A DNA stretch of 60,056 bases, counting the filler, from Bipalium vagum (lineage: Eukaryota): assembly GCA_037834085.1 (NCBI GenBank). It is 3 parts of 3 records of this genome, joined end to end, with 100 filler letters (N's around TTAATTAATTAA, not from the genome) between each part and the next. Parts side by side here need not be neighbours in the genome. Positions count along the whole stretch, not along the records: positions 20,743 to 43,919 come from JBBMKC010212371.1; 2 more parts are not named here. One strand, given 5' to 3'. Made by a program: the position numbers and the translations under genes. Under the pieces are notes generated by a model. That model worked only from the letters and a program-made list of their open reading frames with translations. It made no database searches and was not told the DNA's origin. Positions 25,397 through 37,966 of the stretch are shown here, one piece after another (position 1 is the first letter of the stretch; each line of letters opens with the position of its first letter).

Positions 25397-25920
25397 CCGT
25401 AGATACTCGAATATAAGTCGAGGTTCTTTTCTATAAAATTTGATGAAAAATTGGGGTCGACTTATATAAGAGTCATAGCAAAAAACGGACATTTTTGCTG
25501 GGCCGAGCGACGAATTTTAGCCAGGCTGGTGGACCGTTCGCCCGTGATACTGATCGAGAGATGATGGGAGATAATTCGGTTAGTTAAGCAGTTTTAACCA
25601 ATGTAATGGCTGTATTTATACAATGTATCACGTTGTGTTCATAATTGAATCAGACTGGGATTCCGAATTTTGTGGTTTTGAATAAATGTTACCCATGGTG
25701 CCATGTTTGTAAATAAAAATATATAAATATTATCACGAATATTTTGCAATAAAGTATCAAAAGATTGACATTTTTTCCTTGTTATTTTATGTTATTTTCC
25801 AAATGTACGAAAGAGGAAATTACCCAGACATATATTTTTACCTAGACTTATATAAGAGTTATACGGTTTTTCAAGGAATTTCTCATTTTTCCCCTTCGAA
25901 TTATATTCGAGTATCTACGG
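25397..25920. mobile_element. Non-autonomous Tc2/pogo-type MITE (524 bp)
   Basis: Perfect 20-bp TIR CCGTAGATACTCGAATATAA, TA on both sides, subterminal GACTTATATAAGAGT repeats. Confidence 0.88.
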
Positions 25921-26410
25921 TAACAATCATATCAATCACAAATTGTCAATTAAGTGTTGGAATAACAAATATCCCAATTAAAAAATCGCCCCTAAGTACA
26001 AGTAAAAAAGTAAATAAAGAAGTAATAATAACAATAATAGTAAAGAGAATAATAATAATATCAACCTCCAAAATGTTAATAAACAAGAAATGATCACGTC
26101 TTAGGAATTAGTCAATATCAAACTAACAATAATATCACAGCAAATAAAAGAAGAACTAAAATAAAATATTTTATTAAATACTTAAAATAAAAAGTGGAAT
26201 AGAAAAAAACCAACCCTTTTCACATACCTTCTAAAATAGCATGGCTCCTTTGGTTTAGTCAGAGATAGCCCTGTGATAAAAATACTCCATTATTCTTGAA
26301 GCAACTTTATAAAGACTATTTGGCGACAAATCCTGCCGTGATAGAAATGTTATAGAAAAGACTGTACAGATGTTTGATATCTACGCTTCAAGTTACACAT
26401 GGTACATATA

Positions 26411-27683
26411 TTGGGTTTGAGAATGACTAATCGGAATTTTTTGAAGAAATAATTAAAAAGAAGAAACTAAAATTAATAATATTTATTAAAGTAATTAAAC
26501 ACACATTGTTTGCCAGACGTATTGTCCTTCAATTGCCACTACTTGCTCCCGTCTTTTAGATTGGCTACGGACTCCATTTTGAAAAAATTCCTGATTGTTT
26601 GAGGAAATCCAAGAATCGAGCTATTTCATGGTGTCATGATAAGAAAAAAAACTGTTGGTCACCCTGACTATGCAACGTGGAACGGAACAGGTGGTAATCA
26701 GAAGGAGCAATATCTGGAGAATACAGTGGGTGGGGTAAGATTTCCCAACCAAGGGTTCCTATTTATTTAATAACTAGTTTCGAAACATGCGGAGACCATT
26801 ATTGTGTAACAAAATACTTGTATCATGCCTCTCGACATAATATGGCCGTTTATCCTTTATTGCTTGGCTTAAATGCATTAATTGAAGTTGATGGCCATCT
26901 CCTTTGATTGTTTCATTTGGTTAAAATAGTATTCCTAACTGATTCCACAAAATGGATAGCATGATCTTTTGACCATGAATGTTTCGCTTGGCCGTCGATG
27001 TAGAAGTATGGCCGGGCTCTCCTCATCATATTTATTGGCTTAGAATTACTGTAAATATCCATTTTTCATCACCCGTTAGAAAGCGATGCAAGAAAGCTTT
27101 TCGTCTTTGACCTTGAAGCAACTGTTCAACATCTCTCGGTCTCAAATCGTATGGCACACATCTATCTAGTTTCTGAATCATTCCCATTGCTCCTAAACGT
27201 TTGGCCATGGTAGAACGATCGATCCCTAATGATATTGACATTTTGTCTGGCGTTTGACATGAATCTTAGTTAAGCAAAGCTTCAAAGTTTCATCATCAAA
27301 TTTTGTCGGCGACCAAATCGATCATCGTCCTTGATGTTGACATCATTATTTTTAAATTGATGGAACCATTCAAAACATTGTTTTTGACAAAGCATCTTTC
27401 GCATATGTTCCCTCTAAAAAACGGTGACTCTCAGCTACAGTATTTTTTGAGAAAAAGTACCCTAACAAAACTTCCCGAAAATGCTGATTTTTTCTCCAAT
27501 TTTCAAAATGTTGTATCCTTGATTAACTAAAGTAGAATATATAAACAAATCATTCTTACATTTAAATTTCATTGATAGATACTGATGTTTTAAATAATTT
27601 ATGCATTATTTTTGTATTACTGTCAAGCATTTTGAAACTGTGGAAGGTTTTGTCGGTTTCCAGTTACTTATTCACACACCTAA
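26411..27683 (-). mobile_element. Full-length decayed mariner element
   Basis: Imperfect TIRs with TA flanks, 1273 bp; FLHRFLTGDEKWI and LPHPLYSPDIAPSDYHLFRS on the minus strand. Confidence 0.88.
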
Positions 27684-28099
27684 TATTTATATCTTGGTTG
27701 TAAAAAGCATTTAGACTTGTGTAACCAATTCTCTTCCAGATTGGTTTCAAAACGTTACATGTTATGATGTTCCATTACCTAAAATGGTTCCAAGAGTCTT
27801 GTCGTTTCTTTTTAGAAATCTCATAAAGCCGTGGGAAAACATCCCTCGACATTAATTGAGTTAATTAATTGTGATTAATCAATAAAAGATATTATTTTGA
27901 CGAATTTATTTGTTTTATAATGTGCCAATTTTCCTTTGTTCTTTTCACAAAGTCACTTCATTGATTATTTTCAGCTATATGGAATGATATCCAATAAAAT
28001 TTTTAAAAAGCCAATCAATAAAAGACATGTAATCAATTAATTAATTATAAAATTGAATTTCAATTAACATCAAATTTTGACATAATAAACTTTTCAATC

Positions 28100-28420
28100 C
28101 TAAAAAACTCATAAAATGAATAAGTAATATCATTTCATTAGCTAATTACTTAAATAATGAAGATAGTTGTTGAAGGTTATGACACAACTCCAACAGTGAT
28201 AACGTTGAAGAATCAAAGGCTGATTGTCATACAACAGTTTACTTACCACAGGTGATGTTTAAAAATAGAGAACAATCAAAATCGACAGTTATTCTTCATC
28301 ATGACAACGACAGGTCTCATGTTATTGATTTAGCATTTACTAAAAATAAAGAAATAATGAAATATAATCCCTATTCACCTGGCTTATTACCCTGTAACTG
28401 CTTTTTGTTACGATGATATG
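28100..28420 (+). mobile_element. Short mariner transposase remnant
   Basis: VILHHDND.SH and PYSPGLLPCNCFL motifs. Confidence 0.5.
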
Positions 28421-28619
28421 TAAATGTGTTGACTTTAAAGGCGATTTTTTTCAGAAAAAATATTTCTGGTTTGGTTTCTTATTCAGGTATCAGATTCCAC
28501 GATCTATTAATAAAAAAATTATTTTTAATAAAACATAATATTCATAATAATATATTTAATTTCCCATTCTTTTGGGTTTTCTTAAGAAATAGTTAAAACC
28601 ATTTTATTATTATTTTAGC

Positions 28620-29700
28620 AAACGCTTGTTATAATGTCCATTTTTGGGAGGTTATAGCTGGATGGAATACAAAATAAATACTTTTCCTTATTTTCCATAC
28701 GTCCTCTGAAGATATATTGAAAGAAGAAACATTTGTGCTTCACAATTAGTCCAGTAGAGCCCATAAAAGGGTAATTATACCAAAAGCGACTGTAACAATG
28801 GGACCAGATCCGAATAGAGCACAGTTATATTAAAACCGAGGACGATGTCAGAGAGACTTTGAGGTAATTTATTTTAAGATTTTTTCTCATAATTCTCTCA
28901 GTCATCTCTAAGTCAGTCGGCTTATTCCTATNNNNNNNNNNNNNNNNNNNNNNNNNNNNNNNNNNNNNNNNNNNNNNNNNNNNNNNNNNNNNNNNNNNNN
29001 NNNNNNNNNNNNNNNNNNNNNNNNNNNNNNNNNNNNNNNNNNNNNNNNNNNNNNNNNNNNNNNNNNNNNNNNNNNNNNNNNNNGAGGCCTAGAATTATAT
29101 TGGAGTTGAATAACACTGACAAGGGTCGAAATCATTGAATTTAAATGTATTCTGAGAGGTTGACTGAGAAATCAAATTATATTAAGCCATATATGTTCAT
29201 TAAATGGAAAATATTTTCGTTAATCAAAAAATATAAATAAAAATTGAAATAGAGAAATAAAAATATCTTCTTCGATGAAATGCTTTTAGAGCGAAGAATG
29301 TGGATTATTCCGGAAAACGAAAAGAGAACATCACCTAATGCTTCTCCTTTAATTGGAAATAGAGTGCTTCCTCTTACCAGTTTGGCCTTTTCCTTCGTCC
29401 CATATGTAGCACTAATAAATATCCCTGTCAAGGCGAGGTTTGAAAGCAAAATGCACCACCTTCTCTTTGTCCTCCTTCCCAATGTTCACTGAGAACTGAT
29501 ATAGTGACCGAAGAGAGCTCTGCATTTACTGTTTTTGTGGAATATGGATTTTCATATGGGTTTTCATTAATACCACATTGCCCCTGCGATTATTGCAAGA
29601 ATTTTCTCATAACCAAGGGTATCATATTATATCTGGTAAGGATGCCTTGCCCTAATGCATAAAATATTAAAATCGGTTTGACTTTTTTACAAGGGTGATA
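28620..29700 (-). pseudogene. Possible disrupted multi-pass membrane protein (MFS-like) remnant
   Basis: GC-richer blocks give hydrophobic peptides (PILIFYALGQGIL, *TLGRRTKRRWCILLSNLALTGIFI, CALFGSGPIVTVAFGIITLLWAL) with stops; interrupted by an N gap. Confidence 0.25.
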
Positions 29701-29839
29701 CAGAGGCCATATTTTATACACTTTAGAAATGGAATCTATAAATATCATGGAATAATTTTAATAATAATATTATTATTAAATGGTATTTATGGTTAATATT
29801 TTTTTCCTGAACTGTAACTTTAATTTAATCATTATTAAT

Positions 29840-30210
29840 ACAATTTAAAAAGTGAAACTTCTTCGGACTGTGGATGAGAGAAATTTTGAGTCATTACGTA
29901 AAATGTTTCATTTATGGGACTTTATCTTCCAAATTTATTGAAATGGTCGTAAAATAATGTCCGATTTTCATCAAAAAGAGCTTTCTAAATGAAATAAAAA
30001 ATATTTTGAATAATCGTATATCAAATGATTTTGTTTAAATAAAGTAAAACATTTGTTTAAATATTACGACTTTCATCGTGCAAAATTCGAAAATAAATAA
30101 AATACATCGATAAGAGATTTATGATTTGCACCCGAACTATTAGTGGTGCATTGGGATAGGAAACAGTCAATGCAGACAAAAAACGTTGTGGACGTCATGT
30201 TTCAGTGGAC
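29840..30210 (+). mobile_element. DDE transposase remnant (VVHWDxK motif, possibly hATm-like)
   Basis: ELLVVHWDRK at ~30135-30165; no intact ORF. Confidence 0.35.
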
Positions 30211-30259
30211 AATGAAATATTGAATGTGTTGTGTACTATCTTCAATCAATCTATTTTCC

Positions 30260-33100
30260 ACCATAACCTCAAAATATGGTATGGAAAAATTATCATGAAA
30301 AAATAACAGGAGAAATACATGCAAAATTCTTAAGCCCTTTTTATAAAACAAATGCCGAAACAGGAAAAAATATTATACACATTTAGAAAACTATAATGTA
30401 ATAGTAGAGAATCAAAATAATTCTCCAAATCGCATTCCATTCCAATATATGGAATTGATCAAGCTGCAATGAAACATAATGCAAAACATGAAAACAAATT
30501 TACAAGATCGTCATGATGCTAATGTTGAAATGATACATGAAATGAACACTATTCAATAAATTCAATACCATACCAAGAGAAAAACTTGAAAGAATGATAA
30601 TAAAATTAATTATGAAAAGGAAAAGTAGCTTTAGGATCAGATCTTCTAAGAGTAAAGAGCAAGTAAAAATATTGCAAATGAAAAAATATTTGAAGATAAA
30701 GAAGGATTAAAATCATAAAATAAAAAAAATTAGAAAAGAAACTTACTAAAGAATTCAAAAAACCAAAGTAGTATCTAAAATTTAAGGTTTTTAATAAAGA
30801 AAACTTGTAATGTGGTGAAAGAAACTAAAATAATATTAACAATTATTGATTTATACACAAGATAAACTTTCGCTGTTCAGTTAAAAAAGTAAACTGGAAA
30901 ATATATAACAGATGCATTTGATGAAATATTTTGAGATTATCAAAGGTAACCTAAAAAACTTTGAGCTGATAAAGGTACTGAATTTTACAATAAACATCCG
31001 AAGATTTTTGTGATGATCATGAAATAAAAAGTTTTTCCACAAAGAATGAAGGTAAAGCTGTAGTCCTTGAAAGATTGATTAAAAATTTGAAAAATAAGGT
31101 TTTTAAAAAGATACAGAATAAAGTGAGAGAAAATGGTTAAAAATACGTATTACCAAATTTATTAAATATTTATAATAATAGACCAAGTCTTATGTCTTCG
31201 ATTGATAAAATTCATACTTCATTTTGAATGTCGTTTTACGTTTTAGTTTTTAAAGTAAAATGCAAGAGAAATTAAAGGTTGAAAAAATGAGAAGCTGAGA
31301 AAAACTGTGAAAAGATTCTTGGAAGATTTTATGAGATTGAGTTACAAAAAAGTAGCTTTTAAACCTTTTAATAATTATTTTCTTATGAATATTTGTGTTT
31401 GATAGAGAAGACGTGTAGCTTTCATTTGATATATTGTTTGCTAAGCTCGGACGAATAGTTCTTTTTTAATAAAAATCTTAACATGACATTAAAATTGTAA
31501 TAATATAGAAAATATGTTTCTGGTTTTTATATATGACTACTTTTCATAAATGATTTGGAAAAGTTGGATTATTATTTTTAATTAATTTTTTATTTTTAAT
31601 TACTCATTAATTGTTGTATAATTACACAATTATCAGAATTTCCAATAGGTACAAAATGTATAAAATGCTCCACAGTAATACCTTTCCATCAAGGCATTAT
31701 ATGTGGAAATCAGATGGACAGATCAAAAGAAATAAATATTTTAAATTCGTATTGGGAAAATGGCTAATTACGATCAACATTTACGCCCATCGGCTTTGGT
31801 ATTTTCGATGTCGAAAACCAAATATCGAATAAAAGTAATTTTCTTTTATTTACGCAGTCTTGACATACACTGAAAGCAGTTGTAATCTCCTTTCAACAAA
31901 ATACATCTGAAACAAGTTTGATTTAAAAACACTAAAAATATTTATAAAAAATGGAGTTTTATTTTGATGATTTCTTAAATAAAAATTGTGTAAATTTAAA
32001 CTTATTCAATTCTACCATAAAGTTTTGGAATGTTAATTATAATTTTTTTGGATCTGAAAAACCAATGATGTTATATAATATGTTATTAAAAAAGGATTAT
32101 ATTGATTACAAAAAATTTATTTATTAATAAATTTATTTTTTATTAAGTAATAAATGAAAACAAATCGATTATAGTTATACAATTTTCATATGAGAAAAAA
32201 TATAAATATTCTTTATTAATTTAGAACATGAAGAGGTTCTTACCTCAGAATTAGACTAAGAACAGAGCTATGCTGTTCAATCCTTCAGATTGATAAATTA
32301 ATTTTCAAATTTCTTCAATTTCTATAATTTTTGACAGTTGTACGTTTTGTAATTTTTTCAATGTTTGTAATCTTTCCTATTGTATCTGATCAAAACTGTG
32401 TGTCTTTTGTAATTGGTAGAACATATTCAAGAGGTTCAAAAATAAGAACAATTCATGATCCAGGTCTTGGAAGGGATCATGAACATGTTCTTTATGTAAA
32501 GAATTAGAAAAATGTATTGGTCATTACGGTAAATTTAAAACAGTTTTATTACCAAATATTCTCTTTTTTATCAAAAAATTAAAACGATTATTAATATTTT
32601 TTTGTATATATTGTGAAATTTTTTAAAAATGAAATTTTGATTCTTTTGATAAATAAGCAAACAAAAAAGAAATAAAAAATTCAACTAGTTCTAATAATCG
32701 TTTTAAACATGAATGTAATAAAGAATTTTAGAAATTAATTGTTTTCATTTTTTAATTTTTTATTGCTTTTAGATAATCTGAAATGGATTTTACAAAAATA
32801 ACAGTTGACTTATAAAAAAGAAAATAAAATCATTAAGAGTTCAAGTCAATAACCCTTATTATTCTTTGAATCCTATCAAATTTGAAAAAGGAAAAAATCA
32901 TTTAACTTATTTTAATTATAAAAAAGTTTGTGAATATTTTTAGTCATCTTTGGAATTTCAAAATTTATATTTTATATTTTGTTTTGATTTAAATGATCAA
33001 CCAGAAAATTTATTTATAAGAAAATTTTATGGAAATAAGTATTAAAAGAGGAGAAATGTTTAATATAGAAACACAGGTATATAAAAGTTTGATAAATTAA
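30260..33100 (+). mobile_element. Polinton/Maverick relic: PLA2-like, rve integrase and capsid-like fragments
   Basis: IDQAAMKHN..DRHDANVEM at ~30450-30540; TIIDLYTR, L*ADKGTEFYNK and GKAVVLERLIKNLK at ~30835-31100; capsid-like block at ~32770-33090. Confidence 0.72.
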
Positions 33101-33603
33101 TCTTTTTAATTTTGTAATTTGTAAGTTTTTCTTAATTTTTTCTTAATTTTTAGTTTTTTATTTTTTCTTAATTTTTTTATTTTAGTCCTTTCTTAAGACA
33201 ACACAATCTTGTGTAGTCTTATCTATTAAGGATTTAATTAATACAGTCTTATATAGTTCTGTCTTAAATACGTCTGTAAAAGATTACGTAAGACAGAAAA
33301 ATTTTATATAAGATAAGATGAGACTAAAAACAGTCTTCTAAAAACGTTTTAGTAAAGCCTCATCTTAAGACTAAGACTATAATCATTAAAAAACTTATTT
33401 TTGTTTTATTAAAATGATAAAGTAAAATTCGTTTAATAAAATATTAGAAAATTTTTTTAAAAAATTATTCAGTTTAACACAAGATTCCGTTATTGGCATT
33501 CCCGAAATTTTAAATCTTTTTAATGAAGAAAATAATGAAGATAAAATTTCAAAAGTGTTTGGTTAGCCAAGGACACATCCCTGTAAACCCTTGTAAAAGC
33601 ATA

Positions 33604-33683
33604 TGTTAGAGATCGCAATAGGGTTTAGATTAGTGATCATTATTATAAATTAATTATTAACACCACAAAAAGGTGAGAATTAA

Positions 33684-33758
<75 letters not shown>

Positions 33759-34496
33759 TAAAAAGCACATTAAAACAAAGAAGAGCAATTAATTATTATT
33801 TTTAAGGGATCTAATCTTGACAATGGCGAAACTAAATTGCCAAGATTAGATCAGGATCCACAAGAAGGGACTGATTTAGAATTATCGATCTAAAAGTGAA
33901 TCGACAATCCACATTAATCAAACTGATCTACGACTGATTAGTCGTCTTATCAGAATTGTATATAAGGAGTTGGAATCCGCAGTGGATTGTCACAAAATTC
34001 TACGAGACGTCTGAAGAAACAGAACTCTACGAGACGAGACAAATTCTACAAGACTTTGGAAGTAACCAAATTTACGAGATGTTGGAAGCCTTTAGCAGTA
34101 ACCATTCTTTATGCCCTCTCTGCGACAGGAGCTCCGCCCTTTGAATCTGTCGTCACAAGTGGTGAGAAAATCTTGATTTTGTTTATTTTTTTTCTTTATA
34201 AATTAATTGATATTTAATCCTTACTGACATTTAATTGATATTGGTATTTTATTATTTGATTTTAATTTAATTGATTATTATTCTTGACGTTGATTTTCAG
34301 TGTGATTGATTGCAGATATTTTATTGATTATTTGAAACACTTGGTTATTGTTTGTTATTGTTATTTTAGCAATAAAGTGTTGTTCGTCGTTGTTTGATTC
34401 ATTCTTTTGTGTACATGTATTGACAAAAGTGAAGGGGTCAGTATACTTTGCGAGCTAAGTGTTTCAACAGTGTTCATAGTAAATAATAGCATAACA
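33604..34496 (+). repeat. Solo LTR (~893 bp including an AAT microsatellite)
   Basis: TGTTA...TAACA termini; TATA box at ~33960 followed by CAGT; AATAAA at 34371; internal CTACGAGAC-like repeats; two further copies in the window. Confidence 0.68.
33684..33758. repeat. (AAT)n microsatellite
   Basis: About 25 perfect AAT units. Confidence 0.95.
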
Positions 34497-34899
34497 AAAG
34501 CATTGTTTTCTATTTATTAAAATGTTATAAAATCATGTGTAGTTTAAATAGAAAAAGAAAGTGATTAATTCAAAAAATATGTTTTTCTTTTTAATATAAA
34601 AAACCAATTCCCGTTGAAGAACGTATTAATAAATTTAAGTTTAACATTGAAGAATTATTAATTATAAAAAAACATCTTAATTTAGATTTTCAAATTGAAG
34701 GTGATATAAATTGAGAATCAATAGAATTAGGTAAAGAAAGACGAGCTGAATGCTCTTACACCAAAATTGTGATAAAGTTAAATGAAAAAGTAATAAAAAC
34801 AGAAAAAGAATTTAAACAATATAAAGAGTTGATTAATTATTATTAAATTTGATTATAAAATTTATCAATTTAATTTTAAAGTCTTCTAATTCCTTTCAT

Positions 34900-37270
34900 T
34901 TATTTCATATTTTCGTTCACCTTTAATTTTTAGTTTTTCGGTTTCTTTTCTTAGCCGAAATTTGTTTTGTTTAATAAGCATATGATTTAGATTTTAATTG
35001 TACAAATTCTATTATTATTTATCATTTTATTTTACATGCAAACTTTTCTAATACTTTTTTTTGTATAATCATCTTTTTCTAATTTTAATGATGGAGGAAA
35101 TTCATTTTTTGTATATAAAGAAAAATCCATCCAATCTTTATGATCATTTAAATCTTTATAAAGATTATGTTTTTATATTAATTAAAAATGAATCAGTATC
35201 TTTATAAATTAATTCAATATCATATTTATATCTTGATTTTAATACAACGTATTAAAATTCAAACATCATAATTTCAGATAATTCAAGAATACAAAATTCT
35301 AAGTAAATTGGTTTATTAATTTTTGTTTCATATTTTCTTAATGAATGGCCATTAGATTATTTGAAAATATTTCTCTTTTTTCAAATGTTGGTTTAGATTT
35401 TTGTATATTTTCTTCTTCTTCACATGTTACCAATTTTATATTTATTCTTTTTCTAATATTTTCTATTGTTTATACAAAGACAGAGTTATTCATTAATTTA
35501 TAATTATCTTTTTCAAAATCAGTATTTGGTTTTTTTCTCAATTATGTATTTTGTTTTACATATTTTTTTAACCATGGTTTTTGTTTAAAAGATATTTCTT
35601 GATGAGATTTTGTAAATTTCATACATCTATGATAAAATGTTAAAATTTTTAATGAAATACATAATTCTTTTTGCTTTAAATCTAAAATTATTTTGAAACT
35701 TTTGTGTATGATTATTTGTTTTTATTAATAGTGGTATTCTCCAGAAGACATTTGAATTTCTGCTGTTGCTTTAAAAACAACTATTTAAATAAATCTTTTT
35801 TTAAAATACCCACCTCATTATTATTATTACTTAAAAAACATTTTTAATTTAAAGAATTTTATAATTTTAGAAATTTTAATTCAAAAATCACATTTATAAC
35901 ATTTTTATATTAAATTTTAAAATTTTTATTTTAAAGTTAAATATATGTTATTATAAATGAGGTCTCTATTTTAAAAAATTATTTGAAAACAATATTTCAA
36001 ACCACTCCTTATAGTAATAAGTCTGTTCTTATTATTTTTTTGAAATTTGTAAAATATTCATAAGAATAAATTCATTTTGTATCTAGTAAGTTGAAATTCA
36101 CGTTAGCAAATTCTTTTAAACATTTTTCACCTTTTTCATCTAATGTTTTTTCTGCCCTATCTAAAGAACATAAAAGAAATCTTAATGAATCTACAAATTT
36201 AGATGTTTTCATATAACTAAATGAAATATATTTTTCATCTCTTATAGGAAGTAAGAAAAGACATCATTTAATTTGAATTGTATTCATCTAATTGTATCGG
36301 GAGTGCATGCCCGATAATAAAATAAGTAATTTTTTATTTTTCAAATTTTTCTATTTAAAAATGTCAAATTTAATTTTATTATTATTAATAATTAATATAT
36401 ATTATTGTTATATTTTCTAGAATTTTATTATTACTATTATTATTATTATCAGAAATAATAATAGAAAAATATTTGGTTGAATAAAGTTAAAAAATGAAAA
36501 TTAAAGATAGTACAAAAGATAAAAAAGAAAAATTTGTATTCAAATAATAAATTTATAGGTGGTTTTCCTTTAAAAATTGATCGTTGTGTTTTAAAAATGT
36601 TTCGATAGAGTTATTTAAATATGCAAGAAAACTTTAACATTTACTTGAAAAATAGATATTAACAAAGAAATATTTTATGAACCCAGAGGAGGCACGAAAT
36701 TAAAATTAATAGATTTAAAACTATTTATTCCAATATTACAACTTAACTTATAAAGAGAACTAAAATTACTTCCAAGATGATGGAAAATCTTTAAATATAA
36801 AAAATTTATCAAGACATTGTGAAGAAAGAAATCTTATAAAGGTACCACACAAACTTTACAATTTTTAAATTTGCCAAATAAACCAGTTTCTATTTTTATA
36901 CTTTTTAGAGAATCTAAAATGGATTTCACAAAAATAATATTTTATTTGTAAAAGGTAAAATAAAGTCACTGAGAACACAGATACATAATTTTTTTATCCT
37001 TTAAATCCTATTCAAATTATGTAAAAGCATGTAAATATTTTAATAATAACCCTCAACTAAGTTTATTAAAATTTCAACAATTATATTCCATATTTTGTTT
37101 TGATTTAAAAGATAAACTAGAACATTTATGTTTAAATGATGCAGTTGTTACTTAACATATTTTAAAAGATAAAACTATTTCATGAAATATAAATGTTTCC
37201 TCATTACAAGAACAATTTATGTTAATAAAATTAAATGAATATTGAAACAAAAGTTAGATATAACCTCTAG
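34900..37270. mobile_element. Polinton/Maverick relic: pPolB (-, ~34900-36270) and capsid-like fragment (+, ~36860-37270)
   Basis: Minus strand gives EKYISFSY, FVDSLRFL, KPWLKKYV, FEKDNYKLMNNSVF (motif B), KPIYL and LIYKDTDSF (motif C). Plus strand gives KPVSIFILF..QLYSIFCFDLK. Confidence 0.8.
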
Positions 37271-37966
37271 AACAAAGCTCAAGCGACCTGTTATACAAAA
37301 TGAAGTTGAAGTTGGGGAAATCAAAGTCAAAATTCGTAAAGTTAACTTGTAATAAATAAATATCTAAAATATTTTTTTATAAATATTTTTAGTTTTATAA
37401 TTTATTTTTCTTGTATAAAAAAATATTTTTTGTGTTAAAAATTATAATTAAAATAATTATTATTTAACGTCATTCAAAAAACTATCACGTTTTGGAACTG
37501 GAATTTTCTTTTATGAACGTCTGTCAAGTGATAATAGTTTAAACTTGGACACTTACTCAGCATAAGAGAAAAGATTACATCAAGTTATGAGAACAAAATA
37601 TATTTCTTTTATAAAACTATATAAATTTTTTTTATAATTTTTCTTTTATCTTTCTTTTTTATCTTTCATAATAAAAATCATCTTATTTCAAGAAAATCAA
37701 AAAGAACTATCCAAATCCACTTTAATTTCATCTTTGATTTTCCTTTGTTTCGCCTAATTTTTAAATAGAACGATACTTCAAAAATGAAGAAGCCCTTTTC
37801 CAGGGACTGACGAAGATTTGAACTTGATCTGTCAACCAAGACATTATTGTCTTTATTTATAATTAGTTTACATTATTTGGTATTAAATTGGAAGTCAGTT
37901 AATACGGCATGTCTTAATAAGAATTTCTGGATATTACAATATAATTAATCGGACCCTTTTTAATAT

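Noticed and set aside
28908-29135. ORFs 28908-29135 and 28928-29122
   Set aside because: Open only because they run through Ns.
31850-32530. Second Polinton ATPase or minor capsid gene
   Set aside because: Only a lone FDDF-like motif is visible; too degraded to call.
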